A stretch of DNA of 64,000 nucleotides. It comes from Octopus sinensis. Taxonomy: Eukaryota. Position numbers and translations under genes: made by a program. Below the pieces are notes generated by a model. The model was not told the DNA's origin, searched no databases, and saw only the letters and a list, made by a program, of their open reading frames with translations. The stretch spans positions 22,258,001 to 22,322,000 of the forward strand of contig NC_043017.1 in the NCBI RefSeq assembly GCF_006345805.1. The letters are read 5' to 3'. Positions 52,573 through 64,000 of the stretch are shown in pieces (position 1 is the first letter of the stretch; each line of letters starts with the position of its first letter).

Positions 52573-52987
52573 GGCACAGGAGTGGCTGTGTGGTAAGTAG
52601 CTTGTTTACCAGCCACATGGTTCCGGGTTCAGTCCCACTGCATGGCACCTTGGGCAAGTGTCTTCTACTATAGCCTTGAGCCGACCAAAGCCTTGTGAGT
52701 GGATTTGGTAGACGGAAACTGAAAGAAGCCCGTCGTATATATGTATATATATATATGCGTGTGTGTGTTTGTGTGTCTGTGTTTGTCCCCCTAGCATTGC
52801 TTGACAACTGATGCTGGTGCGTTTATGTCCCCGTTACTTAGCGGTTTGGCAAAAGAGACCAACAGAATAAGTACAGGGCTTACAATAGAATAAGTCCCGG
52901 GGTCGAGTTGCTTGATTAAAGGCGTTGCTCCAGCATGACCGCAGTCAAATGACTGAAACAAGTAAAAGAGAGTAAAAGAGTAAGAGT
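52573..52987 (+). mobile_element. SINE family A, full length
   Basis: Near-identical to the 7993 copy. Confidence 0.95.
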
Positions 52988-53029
52988 TATTATTACTGTT
53001 TAGTGCTATTTCCTATTTTATTTAAACAG

Positions 53030-53177
53030 GAATTTTCTGAAAATGTCACAGGCTGTGATGCCTTCTCCAGTAGCAATTTGGTATTGTCAGCTACCAGACC
53101 AGGCTCCACAGCTCACCAAGCACACACAAAGTATGGGGGTTTAGTTCACAGGTGATCTACACAATTATGTACCCTAG
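53030..53177 (+). other. Candidate non-coding exon
   Basis: TTTCCTATTTTATTTAAACAG acceptor and TAG|GTAAGT donor; stops in all three frames. Confidence 0.3.
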
Positions 53178-53919
53178 GTAAGTGTTGTAATGGATTACTA
53201 GGCCTGGAGTTTGTCTCTGATGATGGAATATCCCATACTCTGGGATATCCCAGAAACAGCTGTAAGTCTTTGAATGTTTTCCAATAATAATAATGTATAT
53301 ATTCGCCTTGCTTAACGTTTGTTCTCCTCTTTAACAATTATCTATACATACATTCATACATATTATTTGATATCCCATTATTATGGACAACTGACTAAAA
53401 CATCTCTCTATCAATTTATTTAACTATCTGTTTTATTGTTGTCAAAAATAAAAATGAAATCAAATGTCAAGACTCGTATAATAAAACAAACTAGATAAGC
53501 TATGATAAATCATCACACCTTCTGCATCAGCTGGGAATATTAAGAGATATTATGACCTAATCATGGGGTTGATAACCAACTAACCAATAATTGTTAACTA
53601 ACTGAAATACATGAATCATCATTATTAAAACCCAAGAGATTGTTTTTTGCACCATGTTACTATCAACATATCACAAACCACCCGTGTTTTCTTGTTTTGT
53701 CTTATTTTGTTGTTGTTGTGTGTGTCTAGTTTGTTTGTATTTCATTGATTGATCGACTGGTTGCATGACTGTTTGCTTCCGCAAGCCACAAAATACTGAA
53801 ACTAGAAGGTCGAGATATTTTATTAATGGTTATTGAACGGATTAAAAAAATTATTTCGACTCTTTTTTTTTTTCAGATGTGGGGTGGGAAATGATGAGAT
53901 GGTACCAGGGCCTTTCACC

Positions 53920-54294
53920 ATCTTTTTACTTGTTTCGCCACTTTCAAGGGTCTATTCAAACAAATTGACCCCAGTATTTTTGTATTATTTTAAGTCCCAT
54001 ACTTATTATGTTTGTCTTTTTGTCAAACCACTTTACAACAACATTGGCAGACGAGCATAAGTTGTCAAGTGGTGGGGGGACAAACACAGACATATATGCA
54101 TACACATACATGCATATACACACGTGTGTGTGTATATATATATCTTGTTTTTTCTGTGTTTCTTTCTGTCGAAGAGCGTAGGCTCAAAACATAAAAGACT
54201 TGTTCTATTTCTATTCCTGAGTGCCATACTAATACATTTGTTTGTTTGTACTCCACCTGCCTTCGTCTTTTGTTTATTTTCGTAAACCTTCCCG

Positions 54295-54331
<37 letters not shown>

Positions 54332-54515
54332 TATATATATATACACACACACAGACAATAAGCTTCCATATAGTTTCCATCAATCAAATTCACTCACAAG
54401 TCTTTGATCAGCCCAGGGTTATACTAGAAGACACTTGCTCAGATTGCTATACAATGGGGCTGAACCTGAAAATGCATGGTTGCAAAGCAAGTTTCTTAAC
54501 GACACAGCCATACCT
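53920..54515 (-). mobile_element. Diverged SINE family A hosting a Penelope-like insert
   Basis: Tail at 53920-54090 and head at 54360-54515. Confidence 0.7.
54143..54296 (+). mobile_element. Penelope-like pLTR fragment
   Basis: Homologous to 9250-9397; TCTTT-CTGTCGA-A-GAGCGTAGGCTC-AAAAC-ATA-AAAGA. Confidence 0.6.
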
Positions 54516-55167
54516 AACAAAAAAGAAGAAAAAAAAACAAAGAAAAGTAAAAACTCTTAATGCATTATTAAATTACTGTAATTTCCAGAATGAATGTGGG
54601 TGGTGGAGAAACCTGATATCACATGTCATATGCACTTCTAAACGTTATGTGGATTTCAGTTTTTAAAAATGTGCATATTATAGTTTCAGGTAATTAGCAT
54701 TCAAAAATATGAAGAATATGGAATTTTATTTTAATCATTCTGGAGCATCTACCAAATTATCTTTCATCCTTTATCTTCTGTATCTCATGTTGTCAAACTT
54801 CTATATCAGCAGAATTTTATCTGGTGCGCTGAAAGAAGACAATGTTTCATCGCAGTTTTAAATGGAGCCACTGCTTCTATAGATCCATTGCATCACTGAA
54901 GAATGGTCTAATATCTTAGTATCTGATTATACAGCAATTAAATTATCATCACTGCTATCACTTCTAATCATTACTTTCACTATCGCTATGACAACTTGTA
55001 TCAAATGCTATCTTCATGGTAACCATCAAATTTTACTAAAGAAATATTAAAAAGGCTGATCTTCGTTAGTACCATTTTTGTCATTACTCGACTTCAACAC
55101 AAACCTGAGCCAAAGAAGTTGCCTCCATACAGTCACTTGACATGCTAGAAATACTCAACAAAGCTTC

Positions 55168-55912
55168 TTAACCCTTTCGTTACCATATTTATTTTGAGAT
55201 GTTCTGTGTTTCTTTCAATTAATTTTAAATATAACAAAGAATTTAGTAAAATAACTTCATTATCATTAAGCTAGTGTTAGGAACATATATTGTGATTAAG
55301 GTTTGGCAGAAGATTTTAATTCAAAACTTATAAAAACAAGACATTTGTACTACAGAGCCAGAGCTGGTTTCAGCCAGGTTAATATCAAAAGGGTTAAGAA
55401 TTGTTTCTCATTATATATTTTAACCCTTTATTTATCTTATTTATTTTGAGATGTTCTGTGTTTCTTTCAATTGATTTTAAATATAACAAAGAATTTAGTA
55501 AAATAACTTCATTATCATTAAGCTAGTGTTAGGAACATATATTGTGATTAAGGTTTGGCAGAAGATTTTTATTCAGAACTTATGCAAACAAGACATTTGT
55601 ACTACAGAACCAGAGGCAGTTTCAGGCAGGTTGGTATCAAAAGCATTAAGAATTGTTTCTCTATTATATAACTTAACCCTGTTGCTACCATATTTCTGTT
55701 GAGATGCTCTGTGTTTCCTTTCAATTAATTTTAAATATAACAAAGAATTTAGTAAAATAGCTTAGTTATCATTAAGCTATAATTATTAGTGTTAGGAACA
55801 TAAATTGTGACTAAGGTTTGTTGGAAGATTTTAATTCAAAACTTATGAAAACAAGACATTTGTACTACAGAGCCAGAGGCGGTTTCAGCAGGGTTGGTAA
55901 CGAAAGGGTTAA
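55168..55912. mobile_element. Tandem trimer of a ~230-bp piggyBac-like MITE
   Basis: TTAA|CCCT...AGGG|TTAA-type units at 55168-55397, 55420-55649 and 55673-55912; partial relatives at 39172-39300 and ~10840-11075. Confidence 0.85.
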
Positions 55913-56370
55913 AATCACACCTACCATCTTTTAGATGAACACATTTGATAATGTAGTCCGAGACATGACATACTTTTTATACTTCTACTGGATTTTCATT
56001 TGTTTCACTTGTTTAGCCATACTTGAAGAACCATCCATGAGGAATTCTGTCAATTATGTTCTATTTATAGCTGATATTTTAGTGATCATTATTTACTGAA
56101 TGGTTTAGTTGTATTTTGTTGGTATGGGATATAGCTACACATGCAAATTTCCACATACTCACACACTCATGCAAACATATGTATATTTATGTCTGTATGT
56201 ATTTATGCTTGTGTGTGTATGAGAGAGAGAGGGGGAGAGAGAGAGAGAAGTAATTTGGTGCATTAAGTTATACAACAAAAACTGAAAAATTTGGCTATTT
56301 GATTGAGATGCAGAAAGTAACTACCAGATTGAAGTAACTATTTGGAAGCCTTCATAAATATATGTTCATA

Positions 56371-56437
<67 letters not shown>

Positions 56438-57209
56438 TTAGGGAGTATAACTCCAAACTTACAGGAAAAAATTCAATTTAGTATTAAATCAAATTTCACA
56501 ATATAAATATGTAAAATATAAATTAGAGAAAAATATATATATATATATGTGTGTGTGTGTGTATGTGAAGGCACATGGCTCAGTGGTTAGAGCATCGAGC
56601 TTACAATTGTGAGGTTGTGAGTTCGAATCCCAGACAGGCTGCATGTTGTGTTCTTGAGCCAATGTAACAATGCCAGTGATAAGCACACACACAAGCACAT
56701 AAATGTATTCACAAACATGCATGCTCACACACCCACACAGGGAAGCACATAGACACATACATAGAGAGAAAAGTAGATACACACAGACACCCACACCCAC
56801 AAGCACAGAGAGACACACATAGAAAGGCATATAGATACACACACAGACGCACATACACACATACATACTTAACACTAAACTCAATTACCTCTTCTGCAAA
56901 CATCCTCCACTGAGAACCATAACAATTACAACAACAACAGCAAACCAATTAGGAAGCCCTTTTACATGGTTGTTTGATCTGCTAAACATAGCGGCTAAAT
57001 CTCCCTCAAATCCCACCTGGACATCTTAAAAAGCAATGTAAAGATCTACAACAACAATAACAAACCAATAAGGAAGTCTCTACAGGGTTGATCGATCTGC
57101 TAAACACAGCAGCTAAATTGCTTTCAAATCACATCTGAAGATCTTACAAGCAAACAATGGAAACACTAATACATTAGACAGACAGTGTAGTCACAGGTAT
57201 ACAAACTAA

Positions 57210-57440
57210 GGCGGCGAGCTGGCAGAAACGTTAGCACGCCGGGCGGAATGCTTAGCGGTATTTCGTCTGTCGTTACGTTCTGAGTTCAAATTCCGCCGAG
57301 GTCGACTTTGCCTTTCATCCTTTCGGGGTCGATAAATTAAGTACAAGTTAAACACTGGGGTCGATGTAATCGACTTAATACTTATGTCTGTCCTTGTTTG
57401 TCTTCTCTATGTTTAGCCCCTTGTGGGTAATAAAAGAAAT
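57210..57440 (+). mobile_element. SINE family B, full length
   Basis: GGCGGCGAGCTGGCAGAAACGTTAGCACGCCGGG...GCCTTTCATCCTTTCGGGGTCGATAAATTAAGTAC...AAAGAAATA; TSD AGGTATACAAA at 57195-57205 and 57441-57451. Confidence 0.95.
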
Positions 57441-57794
57441 AGGTATACAAATTAATCAAAACAAAAAAAATAAAAAATAAACAAGATGATCATAACTGGA
57501 ATACCTTTAATCATACATCTGTTTCAACCGAGCTATCCTATAGTTAAACAACAACAGCAACAATAGCAACTAAATAAACAATATACAATAGTAACTATAT
57601 AGCCTCTTCAAAAATGACAACAAAAAATATCCTCCCTCTCTTCTCTCTCTCTCGTCAGTTCAGCACATTTTACTTTTCCAAGTGACTTAATCAATAACTG
57701 AAAAAACAAACAAAAAGAGTATATTTTTGGACCATTTCTTTTATCAATGTTATCATTAGAGTTTTTTTCTATTTTGGGAAATATATTTTCGGTT

Positions 57795-57856
57795 ATATGT
57801 GTATGTATATATATACATATAAACCGAAAATATATATACGCACACACACACACACA

Positions 57857-57888
<32 letters not shown>

Positions 57889-58056
57889 CATACATACATA
57901 TATATACATATGTATACATACACACATATATATATATATAATACATATGTATATACATACATGTATACATGCATACATGCATTCATACATATATACTGAC
58001 ATATATATATATATAAACATATATATATACGTAGATATATAGATATATACATACAC

Positions 58057-58087
<31 letters not shown>

Positions 58088-58195
58088 CGTAGATATATAC
58101 ATATGTATATACATACATGTATATATGCATACATACATTCATACATACATACATACATATGTATATACATCCAAACATTGGTGCATACACACACA

Positions 58196-58235
<40 letters not shown>

Positions 58236-58729
58236 ACTGTTGTTTTTCTTCTGAAGAGCAGAATATATTTGGGACTAAGTTTTAATTTTATTTATTTATT
58301 TATTTATTTGTACACACGTGTGTGTGTGTGTGTGTATGTGTGTGTGTGTGAATGTTTTGTTTCATGGGGCCTCTTTGAAGCAGGTTCCATTTGCATAGAA
58401 CAACTAACTCTCTCTACTTCTGAAGTGTTGTCATCAAAGCTTATTGCACTTAATGTATTCCTTGCATCAATGCAAATCCTTCGAAAATAGTCCCTCCTCC
58501 CCTTCCTTCTACGCCTCTCTCCTTGGTCATATGCTGATTTTCATATCAATAATAACTTCGGGGGGGGGGGGGTCGAGCAGCTAGGGACAGGGAGGAAGAA
58601 GAAGAAAAAAACGTGGGTGAGATAACTTCACTGCCAACTGTGTGGAAAGGTCAAGCACATGATGTGTGTATGCGCACGTGTGCACATATATGTATATATA
58701 TGCATGTATGTAACATATATATATATATG

Positions 58730-58762
<33 letters not shown>

Positions 58763-59120
58763 ATATACCTGTATGTATGTGGATATGTATATGTAAATAT
58801 ATGTGTGTGTATATATATATATATATATATGCACACATGCATAAATATATATATATCTATTTATATGAATGTGTGTATATATATATAAATATATGTATGT
58901 ATATGTATATATATATATATATATATATAATATGTATATATATATATATGAATATGCATACATATACACATGAATATACATACATGCATATATATATATA
59001 TATATACATGGATACACTTGTATATACATGTATATGCATATATACATGTGTATATATTTATAAGGACATATCTACACACAAACGTGTGTGTGTGTATGTG
59101 TGTTCAAGTGTCCATGCACA
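57795..59120. repeat. (TA)/(CA)/(TACA) microsatellite fields around a unique spacer at ~58240-58660
   Basis: Directly visible. Confidence 0.88.
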
Positions 59121-59619
59121 TATGTAAGTGTTACCTCTGCTGTATACGAGCCTGTTTGTGCATGTAAGTGGGTGAAGGTTTATATTTATGTCATACGGCT
59201 TTAACATTTATGCGTGTAATCAAATGTGTATGCGCCTAAAAGTATGAATGTGATCTTATGCTCAGCATAAAGAGATATGCTTGTGTCCACCACACAGACA
59301 CAAAGCGTGCATGAGAAGCCTAGGGGGAAAATGAAGAGGGGTGAGCAGGGTCTCGAGCATTGAAGAGGAATGGTGTGAGCGACATTCTTAGTAAACATGT
59401 GAATGTGTCTTTCTGTGAATGGATGTGTTTAATGTGTGAGAGGGTGGATGTGTGTGTGTGTATGTGTTTGTGTGTGTGTGAATGCATGTGGTGTGTATGT
59501 GTTTAAGTGAGACTGTATGTGTGCATGTGTTTATATATGAAAATTAGAATGTAAGTGCACATGCACTTTGGGTGAGGGTGCATACATGCATGTGAGTATA
59601 GAAGTGAGAATGTATATTT

Positions 59620-59915
59620 ACACATGTGTGCATGCATGTGTGTGTGCATGTGTACATGTGTGTGTGCATGTGTTCATATGTGTGTGTGTGTGCATGTGTA
59701 CATGTGTGTGTTTGTGTCCATGTGTACATGTGTGTGTGTGAATGTGTACATGTGTGTGTGTGCATGTGTACATGTGTGTGTGCATGTGTACATGTGTGTG
59801 TGCATGTGTACATGTGTGTGTTTGTGTGCATGTGTACATGTGTGTGTGTGCTTGTGTACATGTGTGTGTGTGCATGTGTATATGTGTGCATGTGTGTGTG
59901 TGTACATGTTTCTAT
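59620..59915. repeat. ~20-bp minisatellite GCATGTGTACAT(GT)n
   Basis: Directly visible. Confidence 0.9.
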
Positions 59916-60319
59916 GTGCACTTGTTTGCATATGTACAGATACATCTATGATAATATTCATTTATTTTATCGGTCTCAGTCACTGGAGTGAGGCCAAGCT
60001 GGGGTAACCAACTTCAAAGGCTCGTCTGCATTGAACCCAGTACTTAGACTAGTATTCATTTTATCAATCATTAATTATTAAATGGTTAAGTTCAATTCAT
60101 TTAAGTCCCTTTAGGGAGTTGAAAACCCCTACTTTTTATAGACACCATTGTACACAAAAACATGCACACGTGCTACATTCAATAGAAGTGCATAAAAAGT
60201 TGAGCAATATTTCATTTCATTTCTTTGAAAATATTCACTGATCTTTTATACCTGTACATAAATAAACTCAGAACTGATACATTCTTATCTTCTGACTAAT
60301 CTCTTTATCATTATCACTA

Positions 60320-60353
<34 letters not shown>

Positions 60354-60368
60354 TACTACTACTACTAT

Positions 60369-61270
60369 GGCAGTGAGCTGGCAGAATTATTAGCACACCA
60401 GGCAAAATGCTTCGTGGTATTTCGTCTGTCTTTGTGTTCTGAGTTCAAATTCTGCCGAGGCCAACTTTGCTTTTCATCCTTTCAGGGTTGATAAATTAAG
60501 TACCAATTGTGTACTGAGGTTGATGTAATCGACTAGTCACCCGCCCACCCCAAAATGTCTCGCCTTGTGCCTTTAGTAGAAAGAATTGTTATGAAGGCAG
60601 CGAGCTGGCAGAAACGTTAGCACACCGGGCGAAATGCTTAGCGGTATTTCGTCTGCCACTATGTTCTGAGTTCAGATTCCACTGAGGTCAACTTTGCCAC
60701 TCATCCTTTCGGGGTCGATAAATTAAGTACCTATTTCTTTATTACCCACAAGAGGCTAAACATAGAGGGGACAAACAAGGATAGACATAGGTATGAAGTC
60801 GATTACATTGACCCCAGTGCATAACTGGTACTTAATTTATCGACCCCGGAAGGATGAAAGGCAAAGTTGACCTCGGCAGAATTTGAACTCAAAACGTAAC
60901 GGCAGACGAAATACCGCTAAGCATTTCGCCCAGCGTGCTAATGTTTCTGCCAGCTCGCCGATAAATTAAGTACCAGTTATGCACTGAGGTTGATGTAATC
61001 GACTTAATCCCTTTGTCTGTCCTTGTTTGTCCCCTCTATGTTTAGACCCTTGCAGGCAATAAAGAAATAACAATCATTAGCATGCTGGGCAAAATACTTA
61101 GTGGCATTTTGTCTGTTTTAATGTTCTGAGTTCAAATTTCACTGAGGTTGACTTTGCCTTTCATCCTTTAGAGGGTCAATGAAATAAGTAACAGTTGAAC
61201 AGTGGGGATTGATGTAATCAACTTACCCTTCCCCCAAAATTGCTGGTCTTATGCCAAAATATAGAACCAG
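60369..61270. mobile_element. Cluster of four SINE family B copies, one inserted antisense into another
   Basis: Plus copies at 60369, 60596 and ~61075; minus insert at 60732-60958 with 16-bp TSD CGATAAATTAAGTACC (60716-60731, 60959-60974). Confidence 0.92.
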
Positions 61271-61329
61271 TATCATCAAGCTAGAACATTATTAATACAA
61301 CCAAGCTAATTTATATAGCAGATATGTTA

Positions 61330-61740
61330 TCTTGAGGTTTAGTGACAACAAGTCTCCTCAAATCATGAGAATCTTTCTTAGGATTGTTGCTCAATATAGG
61401 ACGGTACTTTTATGCAGGTCAGCAATTCGAGTTTCACTTTCAATCCCTTTTGGTCTTTTAGTTAGCATTTCGAGTGTTGTGCCAAGTGCACCAAATTTCA
61501 CAAGAATAATTGTTTACTTAGTCCTTTAATATATTCAGATCTCTGGCTAGAGATACCATTTTAGTATCTTAATACTCGTTATAGCCCATGTACTTACAGC
61601 TTTAATGATACTCCCTCTGTTCAATTTTGTTTCAAGTACCTTCCTCAGTCTCCCGCTGTATGGTCTAGAAACTTTCTCTCTCATTTCTCCTTCCATTATC
61701 CTATCATCTTGCTGCAGTTCTAGGCATTTGTACTCCACAT
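61330..61740 (-). mobile_element. Dong/R4-clade LINE fragment (RT end fused to REL C-terminus)
   Basis: EMREKVSRPYSGRLRKVLETKLNRGSIIKAVSTWAI, then GALGTT...KSTVLY*ATILRKIL. Confidence 0.82.
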
Positions 61741-62654
61741 TATTCCACAGATATCTAACGATGTTGTCTTGTGAAAAAAAATCATGCCACCATAGCTGTA
61801 ATTCTTCCAGAGTGGGTTGAACTAGCTCTGACCAACAAGTTGATGTTCAGAGTTTCTGTGGGAATACAAGTTCACATGTGGTCCTCAGTGATACACATAC
61901 ACACCTGAGGTAGTGTGATCCATAGCAGCTCATCGTGCCATCGATTGTCAACCATTACAAAAGATTTGTTGACCAAGTGACTGCTGATTCTTGGAACAGA
62001 CATAGCCTGACTTTTAACTGTTATTTAAAAGAGTATTTTATAAACATAAAACACTAAGGATAATTAAACTGACTTAATTAACATTTTATAATATATTTTA
62101 TAATTATATATAATCTGTAAATAATAATATTTTATCAGCTGAAAGTTTATAAGTAAGCACCATGTATTGACTAAAGAAAACTGTCTAATATTGGGGCATA
62201 TAAGCCCTTGAGCATATGGAAAACCCACTTTTTTCTGTCAAGGACTTATATACCTTGATATTAGACTATTTTCTTTAGTCAGTGCACAATGATCGCTTAT
62301 AAGCTTTAAGCTTATAAAATATTGTTAATCACAGAATTGTCACTAGTGACCACTTCTAAAATCGTTGCAGAATTATAGCATTACTATTATGCAAAAGTGT
62401 CGTAAGTCCAAAATGCTGCTTTTTCTGAAAATGAAAAAAAACCCAGTTTTATCATTCTGTAGCAAAACTACACTTTGACAACACTTGTTAAAGTGTTGTA
62501 CTACACTTTGACAATTTATGATATCGTGGCATCTGAAGCAGCTGGAGTTACAGTAGTTTGACCAAAAGAACTGGCTATTGCAAGTAAAAATGAATATTGA
62601 AAAAAAATGCATTTGGCCAAATTTGGACATATGACTGTTTAACATAATAGCAAC

Positions 62655-62860
62655 GAGGTGATCGCGTGTGTATCATTGGCGATTTTCTTTCTCCGTCTTC
62701 CTTTCTTTGGACTTTTTTTTTCTATATTTCTGACGAAGAGCTCCACTCAAAACATTAAATCCACCTTCTTTCTTTCCTTGCCTGAGTGTCCAATAACTCT
62801 ATACTTGTTCTACATCCTCGCATTGTTGTGTTTTCTCTTTGTTCATGTTTGAATTAACTA
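62655..62860 (+). mobile_element. Penelope-like pLTR fragment, second subfamily
   Basis: ATTT-CTGACGA-A-GAG CTCCA CTC-AAAAC-ATT-AAAT at 62726-62760, then CCTGAGTG..CAATAAC as in the 9211 family; ends at a TA repeat. Confidence 0.55.
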
Positions 62861-63269
62861 TATATTTATATATATATATTGTATGTTGACTGCTAAGGCA
62901 CTTTAAGGTGTAAACAACATTTATAAACATATCTATTGAGTGTTGGCTAAGATGCTTACATTCTCAGTATTGTGTCTATTCTATATCAGAGGCAAAGGTC
63001 AGTTTGATCAGTTTTTGAATACATACGTCTCCCTCAAGTTCACCACCTTACCATACATTCCTATCTCCTCTATAACAAGACACCTGCACTTGTACTGTAA
63101 TACCTTAACCTTCAGTACCTGGCATAAAGCTTCCCCAACCCTTCTCTCAAATACACTCCTCTTAGTCTCCTCTTAGTCAAGAGGCTTCTTGTTTCCTTTT
63201 TTGTTTTCCTTTCTTTCTTTGTCTTGCAAATTCCATTGCAGCATCATTAGTGCAGGTGTCAAAGAAGAA

Positions 63270-63462
63270 AAACAAAAGCAGTGACATCCAGTAAACATTG
63301 TAAAGTAGTTGGGGCCAGGAATGGCTTCCATCTGGAGACACCATGTCAAAACTGGTGATGGGGAGCTAGAAGACGTTCCGTGGCTCACTGGATCCTACCA
63401 AACTGCTATGAAAAACAGAAGGAAAGAATGATGATGACGACGACGACGATGATGATGATGAT
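63270..63462 (+). mobile_element. Highly diverged family E copy
   Basis: CATCCAGTAAACATTGTAAAGTAGTTGG...GAAAAACAGA then (GAT/GAC)n tail. Confidence 0.45.
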
Positions 63463-64000
63463 TCCATTGGTTGATGTCATCCAAAATACCCTAAAAATGA
63501 AGACACGGTGGTCCTGGACAAAGCACCAGAGCTGGGCAATGAGCAACATCTCAAACCGCAGCTCTTACATGCCTGTAAATGTAATGATGATGGTGGAGGA
63601 GGAGGAAAAGAGAGAGGAGGTGGAGGAGAAAACGAAAGAGGCATGAAGGGGAGAAGGAGTAAAGAGGAGGAGAAGTGCAGAAGTGGATTCTATTTACAGA
63701 TAAAGGGCGTTGTTGACAAATACAGTGCTTTGCCCAAATTCTCCTTTAATGATAAAACCTTTCTTCTTTTATGCATATAATGTTTTATGTTCCAAGAGAT
63801 ATAAGAGCCGACATTAACCGTGGTGTTAGTATCAGAAATGGTGCAACACTAAACACCAGGAACTGCCTTTGCCAACTTCTGTGAAAATGGGTAATTCCTG
63901 GCAATCAAAGAGTAGAAACAGCAGGAGATTGGAATCTGTCCTAATGGTAATATAATAGAGAAATGGGTTGTGGCTACAAGTAGTCTTTCACACAAACATC

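Noticed and set aside
62373-62645. 90-aa minus-strand ORF with a 15-bp direct repeat ACTACACTTTGACAA
   Set aside because: No recognisable homology or splice signals.

Overview
AT-rich, microsatellite-dense eukaryotic DNA. Its SINE repertoire (tRNA-headed CORE-like, Meta-like and RTE-tailed families) looks like a coleoid cephalopod, most likely Octopus; this is an inference. I find no intact protein-coding gene. Nearly all long ORFs in the track are translations of (TA)/(CA)/(TACA)/(AAT) repeats or of SINEs. Well-supported content: dozens of SINE copies in four or five families (labelled A-E here); LINE fragments (RTE, CR1/Zenon-like, Dong/R4); two halves of a Tc1 element 34 kb apart; a decayed SPIN/Buster-type hAT transposase; a non-autonomous Helitron; mariner, piggyBac-like and Kolobok-like MITEs; and Penelope-like pLTR fragments. 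The most striking element is a perfect 64-bp-arm palindrome (21006-21136) made of two overlapping, oppositely oriented type I hammerhead ribozyme folds. Also notable: GGTA-targeted self-insertion and concatemers of SINE-B, a SINE/LINE shared 3' hairpin with compensatory changes, and a chain of exon-like unique islands with in-frame stops that I could not identify. Boundaries of diverged repeats are approximate.
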